From positions 32,001 through 96,000 of IMG/VR virus record IMGVR_UViG_3300047311_000323: a stretch of 64,000 nucleotides of DNA; one strand, 5' to 3'. The notes beneath the pieces are model-generated. The model worked only from the letters and a program-made list of their open reading frames with translations, was not told where the DNA came from and did no database searches. The first letter of the stretch is position 1, and each line of letters begins with the position of its first letter. Of this stretch, positions 1 through 9,703 are shown piece by piece. Origin of the DNA: a virus. A program made the translations under genes and the position numbers.

Positions 1-599
1 GCACCAGGGTTACCCGCTCTAGATCCTCCACCGCTTACGATATTGGCTACACAGTTATTTGTTCCGCCAATACCGCCTTGTCCAACGGAGATGGGATAAG
101 ATACACCAGGTGTAACAGCTACTACTTGTGTAATAGTAGGTGCAGCCCAACCACCACTACCACCATAAGCAAAATTAGTTTGGCTTCTTCCGCTAGAGCT
201 TCCACCAGCGCCTCCGCCTCCACCGCCACCACATCCTGTAAGAATTACATATTTGATACCGGCTGGGCAAATCCAACTACCAACAGAAATAGATCCAATA
301 GCCCCAATTTGGTAACCAGTGAATATGGTATTAGCACCACCAGTACAACCTAGAAACTGAGTGGCATTTGTATTGGTATATGTAACAGTTACGTAGGCAT
401 AAACACCAAGTGAAGTAAGGGTTTGTACGCCTAGTTGTCCACTAGTTGGAAATCCTGCTGTAGAAACAACATTGATTGTTCCAGTAGGCAACGGTACGTT
501 GTTAGAACCCGCAGTTATTGTTGTATATTGATTAAAACCCGCTCCAGCAGAAGATGTTGCAGGGGCGAATATTTGTTTGAAAAGTCTAGGGCTACTCAT
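1..599 (-). CDS. Glycine-rich tail-fibre-like protein, truncated at the left window edge (not in the ORF track)
   Basis: ATG at 599 with AAGGT SD, open to base 1. My translation: MSSPRLFKQIFAP...WICPAGIKYVILTGCGGGGGGGAGG...VAVTPGVSYPISVGQGGIGG, a Gly-rich motif typical of phage fibre tips. Confidence 0.75.
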   Translation of the reverse strand, partial: MSSPRLFKQIFAPATSSAGAGFNQYTTITAGSNNVPLPTGTINVVSTAGFPTSGQLGVQTLTSLGVYAYVTVTYTNTNATQFLGCTGGANTIFTGYQIGAIGSISVGSWICPAGIKYVILTGCGGGGGGGAGGSSSGRSQTNFAYGGSGGWAAPTITQVVAVTPGVSYPISVGQGGIGGTNNCVANIVSGGGSRAGNPG

Positions 600-608
600 T
601 GTTTACCT

Positions 609-3600
609 TTATACTATTGACCAGCCGTTTGTTCCAGCTACTAGTGTAACACAGCTAAATGGGGCTATCATAATGTAATCAACTGCAAGTCCATCTATTG
701 TTTCAGTATTAACCGCTCTATGCAAAGTTACTGGACTTGCATCAAAGACTCCGGTAACATCTTTAATTGTTATTCTTCTGCCAGGCGGAGACAAACTAAT
801 CTGTGGAAGATTGACTACCATGGCTGCCGATGGGGTGAGAAGAATGATATCATCATCTACGACAACTGTATAAGGTATTAATCCGTTACCAGTTGCTGTT
901 CTGTTAGTTGGTTGGGTCGCTGGAGTATTTAGATTAGTCCTATATCTCCAAGACAGTGGCATACTCTTAACAAGATTCTGATCAGTGCCGTTGTAAGTAG
1001 AGCTATCAAAGAAGTTACCTAATACATCAACTGAACCAGTGGCCGGAGCTAGAATGTACCCGTTGGTAAGCGTAGTTCCTGACCTAAAGAAGAAGTTGTT
1101 GTTTATGAGTCCGTTGGTTGCATTAACTACTGAAATCATAGAGCTTGGTGCAGAAGTGGCACCACCGATAATGAATCTATTGCCTAGGAAGCTAAAGCTG
1201 TTGGGAGCAGCGCTGCCGGCTGTGATTGGAAGCATTGTTCCGATAGCATTCCAATTGACCGTACAGTTAAGCATGTTTCCAAGCACGCTCCAAGTTGTGC
1301 TAGTTGAGTTTAGATTAAATGTACAGTTGCTTACAGTACCGTTGAAATCAACAGTAATTGTTGCGCCGGTCGCAGCAACGTTAATGGTACAGTCTTTTGC
1401 AATGGTTCCACTGAAATTAATGCTCTCGGTAGCGCCATTCAAATTGATAGTGACATTCTCTAGTCTAGTATTAGCTAGGAACTGTAGTGGACCACCAGTA
1501 CCAGTGACATTGATTGTAGTATTGCTGATTAGCGTATTGAATGTAGTTAGATGTCCACCACCAGTTGGATTGAAATTGATGGTACATCCATTCATTGGAG
1601 AACCGTTGTAATCCAATGTCTGAACATTCAATGTGATGTTATCTAGGCCAACATTCAAAACTGACAAAGCACTGGTTGGACTAAAGGTAGTAGTACCATC
1701 ACCAGCTAATCTGGCTGGGTTGTTGAATGTCAATCCGCCAGCAGGGAAGCTAGTGAATAGACCTTTAACACGAACAGCACTATTGTAGCTGGCATTCAAG
1801 TTGAACCAAGATGCCAAAGCTTCGAAGCTTCTAAATTCTCCATTATTAGCATCTACACATAGGGTGGAAATTTCTCCCCAATCCTTTTTGTAAACAAACT
1901 TTCTTGCATCTTTAGCTGTTAGTGCAATAGTGGCAGAAGGACCAGAACCAGTAACAACAGAAGACACTATGTATAGAACAGTTAGGTCGGGTCTCTTATT
2001 GATTAAATCTGAGAAGAAAACGGCCGGCATGTTGTAGGTGTTTGAGCTAACCACATCAAAAGCCGTGAAAGTTCTAACAACTCCAGGAGTAACCAAAACA
2101 TTATCTGCATCTAACAATGGGATGGCGTCATAATCACCATCTCCGTTAATACATACTGCCCAGTTAATATTCCATAGATTGAAGTTGTAGGATTCTCTTA
2201 TAACAGGGATGTTAATTGAGTCGTTATTTATATCAATTATTTTACCATTGACTAGAACAACTCCACCACTTAGGTTTACAATGCCCTCAAGCCCACTGTA
2301 TACATTGAAGATATCGAATCCACGAATTGGCCCATTAGAGTGTAGTAACTTTTCCGGAATTGCCATGAAGTCAAATACCGAGTCACTCAAGTCCTTTTCG
2401 CTGATGTTTCCGAACTGTCGCCTGTCCACGATTTTGTTAACTGTTTGAGTTGTATCGTTAACTTGGCAAGTTCCAAGCAACATAAGCTCGGTATCTAGCT
2501 GTAGAGTTGGGAACAACTGGAAATCTAGTCTTTGATTTGTAAAATCAGTTAGAACGTTGCTGGAATCAAGAATGACATCAATGTAGTCTATGTTTGTTTC
2601 ATCATAGAATCTAATAATGTCGCCTCTCTTGCCCTGAGTGCGTGGACCGAAGTGTGTAAGGCTGGTGCCATCGTAGGAAGCTAAATATCCGTCGAATAAT
2701 CCCGAAGTGCTGCTGTAGCTGAACATATTCAGAGTGATCTTGTTTACAGATCCGAACTGATATCCTCTTAGCTTTGGAGAGATAGCAACAATATCCAACT
2801 TGGCAAGCTGAACATATCCAAATAGCGTAGTTCCGTTGACGGTAATGTTGTTTCCGCTAACGGTAAATCTTCCTCTTTCATGAGTGAATGTTTTACCAAG
2901 TTGGTTTACATAAACCTCAAAGTGTTTCTTGAATGGAGTGACAACAGTAAAGTCTGTTGCCGACTCAGCATTGAAAGATACAGAGTCCGAGCAGAAGTAA
3001 ACAGCAACAGGCGCGAATGGCTGCAATGTTACAGATGGCGAGAATCCTGCTGCATGTACCGAGTCATATACGGTAATGTCTGTATAAACGTTCGGCGCAC
3101 AATTGAAATTTACCGACTGTATAATGAAGCGTCCAAAATCAATCAAACCGCCAGAGCCAAGCGACTGGACAACAATCGTTTTTCCAACTTTAAGACCAGT
3201 TGTATCTAAATTGAGTGGAATACGATAAGTTGTCTGGACTCTTCCTACTTGAACCTGTACGTTCTGTAGAGTGGCTACCCAGTAACCGTCTCCGTATCCA
3301 TCCAATGCCTGTGAATCCTCAATAGCTAATCTTTCTGTTTCAGAACCATTGACATAGTAGTTGTTTCTTCGAAGAGGAACAAATAGCTTCGTTGGGTTTA
3401 GAGCTGCTGCCGATGAACCATAAGAGGTCATAAATGGCGGGCTGGCCACACCAGATCCGGTTGAACCAAATCCTAACGGATCAGGAGCGACTGTTCCTAC
3501 TACTGGAACTACCGAGATTACGTTGTTAGGGAAGTGAAGACTATTCTCTAGTGTACTGATAGAACCGTCAGGAGCAATTACCGTACTAACGATAGAAAAC

Positions 3601-5153
3601 GCACTGTTGTGGTATGAGTCTGCTAGACAAATACCAAACTCTCCACCTGAATTAAAGGCAGTAAATCTATAGTTGAAACCAACTGCGCGGAAAGCATTGT
3701 TAGTTGATTGAACAATGGATTCAATTGAGTAAAGCCCTGGTGTCTTACCTTGATTTCCAGTTACGTCAATGCCTGGTAAGAAGGTATAACCATCTACAGC
3801 GTGTCCTGTTGGATAGAATGCTAAGTATAACAGATAGTGAGTTTCATCAAACTGATCTGGGTCAAAACCAACACCGGTAGCTTGGGCGCCACGTGGGTTG
3901 TTGACAATTAGGCTTGGTGTGCCGCTAAACTGATTGTTAACTGCGGAAAGTGATAGCTCGCCATACTTATTGTTGTTGGCTAATGGCCTATCGATTCTGG
4001 CAATAGCATTTGGTGAATAAGCTTGGTTTTTACCAGCAATTCTAACCAAGTATTTCTTGCTACCCATGGTTGGGCTGTACTTCTTCTCTTTGATGACGTA
4101 TGGGACTTCAATGTTGTATCCGTCACCATAGTGAACCCTAATGATATCTCCTGGTCTAACAAGAGCGAAGAGAGAGTCGAAGTAGCTGGAGTTTTGATCA
4201 GCTAGAGGTGGGTTAAAGACAACAATGTCATCACCAGAGTTGATATCATCAAACGGGCTGCTGTTGTTTCCAATGTTGAGCAAATAAGCAATAGCTGGAG
4301 TAGGCGGAACAACGAATTGTCCATATCCGTCTACAGTCAGATTGGAAGACTGAGAAACTCTAGAGATACCACTGCTGTACAAGTTTTGAATTCTTGTTCC
4401 TAGCAAGAAGATGCTTTGGCTATCAATGTAGTCAGCAAACAACTGTAGGTTGTCTAACGTTTGTGGGATGTTATTGAATCTGCTAGGGTCGATGAAAATG
4501 CCACTACCAACGTGAGCAAAGTATGTTGAATATACAGAGCCGTTGTTTGTAGTGATGATATTACGGATACCGAATGGAGAGCCATCCGCCCATTGATGAG
4601 CTAGAAGTTCTGCGTTCATATCTGCAACTACAGTGTAAGATTGAGTGTTATCTCTTAGTACACGTAAATTGTTCTTTAGGAATTGGTTGGTGTTATTGCT
4701 AACGTCAATTTGATCCATCGTGTGACGATAGATGGCACCAATTAGATGTGGCTCAAGCTTGATGCCCTCAGTGTTAATCCAACCAAGGACGGTGTTTACA
4801 TCGAGAACTAAATCTCTGGTGTAGTTGAACAAGTCTTGAGTTCTGAAATCTAGACGTAATTTAGATTCTGGGATTCCAGCAGCCTCTGCAATTTGGTCAT
4901 TTCTGATTGGAAGAGTAACTAATCCTAAACTGGTGATGACAGAAGCATTCGGCGTTCCATCTGGGTTAATGAAAACTCCCAAACGAGCGGCCAATGATGG
5001 GGCGCTACCAGCAATGTTAGTTCCCAATGCAGTTTCAATTTGGACAACAGCATCCCTTAAAGCATTGATGGCCTCTCCACCAATCTCTGTAAGATTGTCA
5101 TTAACCGCTGGCAGCGTTGAATCATCATCAATGTTGTTTGGATAGTTACTCAT
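609..5153 (-). CDS. Large virion structural protein (tail/baseplate/fibre-like), 1514 aa
   Basis: N-terminal YPxxIDxxxxL...INALRDAVVQIETALG motif common in phage structural proteins; beta-helix-like Asn/Thr repeats (~aa 1170-1400); fibre-type C-terminus (GRRITIKD...ETIDG...W). Confidence 0.6.
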   Translation of the reverse strand: MSNYPNNIDDDSTLPAVNDNLTEIGGEAINALRDAVVQIETALGTNIAGSAPSLAARLGVFINPDGTPNASVITSLGLVTLPIRNDQIAEAAGIPESKLRLDFRTQDLFNYTRDLVLDVNTVLGWINTEGIKLEPHLIGAIYRHTMDQIDVSNNTNQFLKNNLRVLRDNTQSYTVVADMNAELLAHQWADGSPFGIRNIITTNNGSVYSTYFAHVGSGIFIDPSRFNNIPQTLDNLQLFADYIDSQSIFLLGTRIQNLYSSGISRVSQSSNLTVDGYGQFVVPPTPAIAYLLNIGNNSSPFDDINSGDDIVVFNPPLADQNSSYFDSLFALVRPGDIIRVHYGDGYNIEVPYVIKEKKYSPTMGSKKYLVRIAGKNQAYSPNAIARIDRPLANNNKYGELSLSAVNNQFSGTPSLIVNNPRGAQATGVGFDPDQFDETHYLLYLAFYPTGHAVDGYTFLPGIDVTGNQGKTPGLYSIESIVQSTNNAFRAVGFNYRFTAFNSGGEFGICLADSYHNSAFSIVSTVIAPDGSISTLENSLHFPNNVISVVPVVGTVAPDPLGFGSTGSGVASPPFMTSYGSSAAALNPTKLFVPLRRNNYYVNGSETERLAIEDSQALDGYGDGYWVATLQNVQVQVGRVQTTYRIPLNLDTTGLKVGKTIVVQSLGSGGLIDFGRFIIQSVNFNCAPNVYTDITVYDSVHAAGFSPSVTLQPFAPVAVYFCSDSVSFNAESATDFTVVTPFKKHFEVYVNQLGKTFTHERGRFTVSGNNITVNGTTLFGYVQLAKLDIVAISPKLRGYQFGSVNKITLNMFSYSSTSGLFDGYLASYDGTSLTHFGPRTQGKRGDIIRFYDETNIDYIDVILDSSNVLTDFTNQRLDFQLFPTLQLDTELMLLGTCQVNDTTQTVNKIVDRRQFGNISEKDLSDSVFDFMAIPEKLLHSNGPIRGFDIFNVYSGLEGIVNLSGGVVLVNGKIIDINNDSINIPVIRESYNFNLWNINWAVCINGDGDYDAIPLLDADNVLVTPGVVRTFTAFDVVSSNTYNMPAVFFSDLINKRPDLTVLYIVSSVVTGSGPSATIALTAKDARKFVYKKDWGEISTLCVDANNGEFRSFEALASWFNLNASYNSAVRVKGLFTSFPAGGLTFNNPARLAGDGTTTFSPTSALSVLNVGLDNITLNVQTLDYNGSPMNGCTINFNPTGGGHLTTFNTLISNTTINVTGTGGPLQFLANTRLENVTINLNGATESINFSGTIAKDCTINVAATGATITVDFNGTVSNCTFNLNSTSTTWSVLGNMLNCTVNWNAIGTMLPITAGSAAPNSFSFLGNRFIIGGATSAPSSMISVVNATNGLINNNFFFRSGTTLTNGYILAPATGSVDVLGNFFDSSTYNGTDQNLVKSMPLSWRYRTNLNTPATQPTNRTATGNGLIPYTVVVDDDIILLTPSAAMVVNLPQISLSPPGRRITIKDVTGVFDASPVTLHRAVNTETIDGLAVDYIMIAPFSCVTLVAGTNGWSIV

Positions 5154-5181
5154 TATTCACCAATTATATAACTAAAAAGTC

Positions 5182-5646
5182 TTAGACTTGTCCTCTAGTT
5201 GGCAAATGTTCTGGCGGTATTTGTTCAGTTGGAACATCTTGATCAGAATTTACATTTGCATTTCTATTTCTATTACCCGAAAATCCTTGAGCAAAATTTG
5301 CAATCTTTTGATAGAACAAAGCCTTGATTGTACGGTACATTAGAGTAGAAAAAGTGCCAGCAACTAATCCAAAAATGATTCTATCTCCTCTTTGGACAAT
5401 TCCGGCGGCATTTGCAGTGAATCCTGGATAAGGAAACGTTTTAAGTAGGATGGCCGCTACCACTCCAAGTACAATTGGCATGATAGGAAGAACTAAGTGA
5501 TTCCATAGATTAGAGGTAGTTAAGTCTTTCTTAGCAACAGTGGCCAAGTACTCGACTATTAGGCGGAAAACGTACATTACCGTAGCTACAGCTAGTCCGA
5601 AGAAGACGAACTGCCAGCTCAGTAGAACTTGCAGAATTGGATCCAT
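5182..5646 (-). CDS. Holin-like membrane protein with three predicted TM helices
   Basis: Hydrophobic segments WQFVFFGLAVATVMYVF, LVLPIMPIVLGVVAAILL and IIFGLVAGTFSTLMY, followed by a polar tail. Confidence 0.45.
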   Translation of the reverse strand: MDPILQVLLSWQFVFFGLAVATVMYVFRLIVEYLATVAKKDLTTSNLWNHLVLPIMPIVLGVVAAILLKTFPYPGFTANAAGIVQRGDRIIFGLVAGTFSTLMYRTIKALFYQKIANFAQGFSGNRNRNANVNSDQDVPTEQIPPEHLPTRGQV

Positions 5647-5717
5647 AAAAAACTCCTTGCCGGGAAACCCTTGCAGATATACGAAAGAATTGATATGGGA
5701 AGCGGAAACTTAAGTAT

Positions 5718-7469
5718 TTACTGGGACTTCGAGTCAACCATTAGTCTCCATCTTAGACTGCTGTTATCCCAAACTACTTCGGCCCCATATCCGTCTGCAC
5801 CTACAATGTATTGAGAGTTAGCTGCTCCGAAGAATCTAATTCTATTATTGCTAGTGCTATTAGTATCTTCGTTAGAAATGATCAGCCTAGATGTACTAGT
5901 AGAAAGTAGGGCAATCTTTCTAATAGTTGATGCAGATGAAGGGGCGGCTGGCGCTACAAGGCCGCTGAGTAAAATGTCAGTAGCGGCACCGTCACCAGTA
6001 AATCTGATAACGACTGCTGGATTGCTGCTACCATCTGAGGTTGCTACGTTATTTAGCTGACCTGCTCCAGACTGGTCTATTCTTACTTCAGTAGCAGGTA
6101 GGTTTACAGTGGCCCATTCTAAATCTGTAGCACCAACATTAGTTCTAAGAACCTGTAGAGACGCGCCTCTAGCAAAACGAACGAAATTAGTACCATTGCT
6201 TCTGAGAATATCACCTACGGCAGTGGCAGTATCAGTGATAGTGTTATTAGATGCGTTAATGGTTTTGTTTGTTAGTATATCTGTAGTTCCCTGAGCAACT
6301 AAGGTATCGTTTGCGTTTGGCAAAATAAGAGTCTTGTTGGAGGCAGAGGGGGACCATGATAAGTCTCCAGTAATACCACCGTTTTTGTACTGTATAGATG
6401 CGTCTGTTTGGAATTTACCACCAGTATATCTAATGTTAGCAGTTGCAGCGGCATCAAAGACACCGGCAGTTACCGTTGCGAAACCCGTTCCAGATGGCGT
6501 GCTGCCAGATGGAGTAAAGTAACCCAGCGTACCGGCCGAAACGCCTAGGAACGTACCGTTGGCTCCCTTAGCTAGTCTAGTGAATTTAGTTCCAGAAATT
6601 ATAGCTAGAATATCACCAAGAGCAGCGCTGGTATCAGTAATGGTATTGTTAGTTGCGTTAACAGTCTTGTTGGTTAGTACATCTGTAGTTGTTAGTGTAA
6701 CTAAGGTATCTGTGACATCTGGGAAAGTGATAGTTTTGTTAGTGCCCGTTGGAACCCAATGCAAATTTCCTGTGATAGCACCATTCTTGTATTGAATGTC
6801 TACATCTGTTTGAAACACAGTAGTGTAACGGATGTTGGCAGTGGCTGTAGCGTCATAAGTTCCAGCCGTCAATGTAGCAAAACCAGTACCAGATGGAGAG
6901 CTTGGAATACCGGTTGGCAACCAAGTTGATCCGTTCCAAACTAGTGCTTGTCCAGGGTTTGGGGCGGTAGCGCTAACTGGACGAGTTTGAAGTCCAGTGA
7001 CTACAGGAGAGCTGGCAGTACCACCATTTAGGTCCCCAAGAAGTTTGATGGTTCCAAAAACGGCATTGGTAGCATTAGTAAGAACACCAGGTGCCCAGTT
7101 AGAACCGTTCCATGTCAAAATATTGTTGAGCGTTGGGGTCGTGTTACTGACCGGGAATCCCTGTAAACCACTGACCTTAGGATTTAAAGCAGTAGTTCCT
7201 GTTCCAAATAAGTCTCCGCCTAATTGAATAACACCTTTACTTGCCGTAGTAGCGTCAGGCACAGATGGAACAATGATAGTACCAGCCAAAGCAGCAATAG
7301 CTGTTTGAACATCCGTTATGTTGGTGGAACCAATCAAAATCGGTGGTGATAAATCGATAGAGCCTGCGACATGCCTAAAATCACTGCCCTCGACATGATG
7401 TTGAAAATCATATCGATCTGTGACTAGGTGGCCTACGCCTGGCTTAAAGTTAGGGTTTATTGGACTCAT
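5718..7469 (-). CDS. Tail-fibre-like protein with two pairs of internal repeats
   Basis: Thr/Gly/Ala-rich. Repeats G(V/T)I(Q/K)LxGDL...WNGSxW x2 and PSGTGFATxTAG...LTNKTxNAxNNTITDT x2. Confidence 0.65.
   Translation of the reverse strand: MSPINPNFKPGVGHLVTDRYDFQHHVEGSDFRHVAGSIDLSPPILIGSTNITDVQTAIAALAGTIIVPSVPDATTASKGVIQLGGDLFGTGTTALNPKVSGLQGFPVSNTTPTLNNILTWNGSNWAPGVLTNATNAVFGTIKLLGDLNGGTASSPVVTGLQTRPVSATAPNPGQALVWNGSTWLPTGIPSSPSGTGFATLTAGTYDATATANIRYTTVFQTDVDIQYKNGAITGNLHWVPTGTNKTITFPDVTDTLVTLTTTDVLTNKTVNATNNTITDTSAALGDILAIISGTKFTRLAKGANGTFLGVSAGTLGYFTPSGSTPSGTGFATVTAGVFDAAATANIRYTGGKFQTDASIQYKNGGITGDLSWSPSASNKTLILPNANDTLVAQGTTDILTNKTINASNNTITDTATAVGDILRSNGTNFVRFARGASLQVLRTNVGATDLEWATVNLPATEVRIDQSGAGQLNNVATSDGSSNPAVVIRFTGDGAATDILLSGLVAPAAPSSASTIRKIALLSTSTSRLIISNEDTNSTSNNRIRFFGAANSQYIVGADGYGAEVVWDNSSLRWRLMVDSKSQ
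6146..6896 (-). repeat. Intragenic tandem duplication, ~399-bp (133-aa) unit
   Basis: PSGTGFAT codons begin near 6896 and near 6497; the downstream ~115 aa align closely. Ends are approximate. Confidence 0.85.
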
Positions 7470-7492
7470 TTATTCGCCTTAAATTCTAGTAA

Positions 7493-7506
7493 TATGCAAG
7501 CTTATT
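7493..7506 (-). promoter_or_regulatory. ATAW-N5-YATW motif (candidate late promoter)
   Basis: Minus strand AATAA-gctt-GCATA upstream of 7469; same pattern in ~20 gaps. Confidence 0.55.
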
Positions 7507-7509
7507 GCA

Positions 7510-9087
7510 TTACGGCAAGATGATTGTATGAGTATGTCCTAGAACTTCCATTACTTGACCATTTACAATCGGGTGGTTATGACCTTGTGAGAGGGCAGTA
7601 GTTTGATTTATCTGAGAAACTGACAAAACCTTTTCATTTATGACAATCTCGTGGCTGTGTGGCGGGATTCCAGGAGTAAATCCAAGGCTGGTATTGAGCT
7701 TGGATGGGAAATCAGCCGTATTCCTAAAAATACGAATCTGGTAAGCCACATCAGTCTTACGAACTCTAAAGGTCTTAAGATGTTGACCGCCATCCAAACC
7801 ATTGATAGTATTATTCCTTATTACATCAGAAACTTCATATCTAAACTCTTCATTATCATCCTGATCAAATAGAACTAAGATATCTCTAGTCTTAATTGTA
7901 GGAACTGTTAATGTCCATATATCCAATGGGAATTCAGATTCCATTCCAGCTTCATGCATTTTGAGATTTTCAGCAGTTGGACCTGGTCTGACCAAAATTC
8001 TTCCATCAGAATGACGAGGATCAAAGTACTGTTCATATCCAAAGACAAACTTGGTGCCATAGCAGAATGGACAACGGTCATCTGGGTATTCACTAGATGC
8101 TAGATAGCAAGAACAAGTTATACCTGTCTGTACTCTTCTAATCAAAACAGCAGGACGACCTGTTACAGATAAGAGTATGTCTTGACGCTGAGTATTTTGA
8201 TCTTGTAGTGACATTCCACGGAAGATATTGAAATTTCCATAGGCGTCAATACATCCTTGCTCTCCACCAATGTAGCTTCCGACACAAGTGCCATTTAGCA
8301 ATAGAACTGGATCAGTTCTGTGATAACCAGAATAATCATATGGCGGAAAAGTTACGTTAGCAGCATCCGCAGCACTTAAGTCTGTTGACAAGTAATCTTT
8401 AGCAACTTGGTGATATCCATCAAGGATAGTAAATGGGAAATTAGGATATTCAAATCTAGATTGGCAAGCAAAAATCGCATCCCATCCTGAATCTTCTTCA
8501 ATGGCAAATACGCTAACGATTGGACTCCAGGTATTGTATCCATCATAGCCTGATACTGTGTGCAAAGTAATAGGAGTAAAGTTGATTCCTCTACCATTGA
8601 TTGGAACAATCAAATTTTTGTTGACAGGGTCGACTGCTAAGTATTGAATAAGCTCAACACCTACTCTAATGAATCCGTTTCCAGGGAATCCATCGACATC
8701 TACTAACGGAATGATTAGATCAGTAGCTGTAATATCGCTACGCAACATGCTGCTTGGATAGAAGCGAACGTTGTCATGAGAAACCGGAAGGTTCTGTAAA
8801 AAGTTAACAAAAGTTGGGTTGTACTCTACTGGCCTCATAGAGAACCAATAATCTTGGCCTGGAGTTAGATCAATGATGTTAGCTGACGTAGCACCATCAA
8901 CAATAACGAACTTAACCCCTTCGGTAAAGATGGTTCGTCTATCTGTAGAATAATACAGATGATAAGCTATCTTGTTTGTGTACGTGTCGGGCTGTGCAGG
9001 AAACCAAGCCATATTTATGGTATGACCGTCTCCGAGGGACGTAACTGCGTCCAAACCAGACATGATAGGGTTAGAGTAATGAACCAT
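7510..9087 (-). CDS. Neck/head-closure-like protein with an FN3-like N-terminus and Cys/His clusters
   Basis: FN3-like start (INMAW...YHLYYS...LTPGQDYWF); TCSC...RCPFCYG cluster; C-terminal HSH/HNH/HTH repeats; lies near other neck-like genes. Confidence 0.45.
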   Translation of the reverse strand: MVHYSNPIMSGLDAVTSLGDGHTINMAWFPAQPDTYTNKIAYHLYYSTDRRTIFTEGVKFVIVDGATSANIIDLTPGQDYWFSMRPVEYNPTFVNFLQNLPVSHDNVRFYPSSMLRSDITATDLIIPLVDVDGFPGNGFIRVGVELIQYLAVDPVNKNLIVPINGRGINFTPITLHTVSGYDGYNTWSPIVSVFAIEEDSGWDAIFACQSRFEYPNFPFTILDGYHQVAKDYLSTDLSAADAANVTFPPYDYSGYHRTDPVLLLNGTCVGSYIGGEQGCIDAYGNFNIFRGMSLQDQNTQRQDILLSVTGRPAVLIRRVQTGITCSCYLASSEYPDDRCPFCYGTKFVFGYEQYFDPRHSDGRILVRPGPTAENLKMHEAGMESEFPLDIWTLTVPTIKTRDILVLFDQDDNEEFRYEVSDVIRNNTINGLDGGQHLKTFRVRKTDVAYQIRIFRNTADFPSKLNTSLGFTPGIPPHSHEIVINEKVLSVSQINQTTALSQGHNHPIVNGQVMEVLGHTHTIILP

Positions 9088-9141
9088 GGTACCCTAATTC
9101 GATTTTATTAGCCGACGGCTGGACAAGCTGGCGCGGAATGA

Positions 9142-9666
9142 TTAAACTTTTGCCATCAAGGTCTCTTTCTTTTCTTCGACCTCTTTTTTACTTTCAACTT
9201 CGTGGTGTTCGAGCAAATCATCAACATATTGTTCAGCTTCTTGATCACCAAACTGGTCGGCAATGTACTGTACCTGGTTCTGGAATCCTTCTTGCTCATA
9301 TGGGTTGTCCAAATAGCTTCCGTCATCCGAACTCTTGGTAGCTTTAGTGCCGGTCGTCTGCTGTAGCCAGTGAGTCATCTCATGGACGCCATAGGAAAAG
9401 TCCTTGAACCAATCACCATCCGTCAATAGCTTGTAATTGTAAATAATAACACCATGATCTGTCTTGGCAGATACATCTAAGTTGCCAAACATCATTGGAA
9501 TATAATCGATTTCAGAAATATCCACTTTATACTCGTCAAACATCTTCTGGACTACCTCATTTTGCTTGAGGTACTCGCGCATTTTCTTAATCATCCTATT
9601 TAAAGACTTGTAAGGCAGCTTTTTGATTTGAGAAAGTGGAATTTTCTCTTCACCTTTGGAACTCAT
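9142..9666 (-). CDS. Zincin-type (HExxH) metallopeptidase-like protein
   Basis: GVHEMTHWLQ plus downstream YLDNPYEQEGF third-ligand motif. Confidence 0.65.
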   Translation of the reverse strand: MSSKGEEKIPLSQIKKLPYKSLNRMIKKMREYLKQNEVVQKMFDEYKVDISEIDYIPMMFGNLDVSAKTDHGVIIYNYKLLTDGDWFKDFSYGVHEMTHWLQQTTGTKATKSSDDGSYLDNPYEQEGFQNQVQYIADQFGDQEAEQYVDDLLEHHEVESKKEVEEKKETLMAKV

Positions 9667-9671
9667 ACTAG

Positions 9672-9691
9672 ATATGGATAAATATCCATAT
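9672..9691. promoter_or_regulatory. Perfect 9-bp inverted repeat forming a bidirectional ATAW-N5-YATW element between divergent genes
   Basis: ATATGGATA-AA-TATCCATAT; reads ATAA-atatc-CATA on + and ATAT-ttatc-CATA on -. Confidence 0.6.
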
Positions 9692-9703
9692 TATCGAGGA
9701 CAC

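Noticed and set aside
1039-4205. Plus-strand ORFs within the 1514-aa gene (e.g. 1039-1611)
   Set aside because: Antisense shadows with no independent signals. The same applies to most short track ORFs nested in larger genes.
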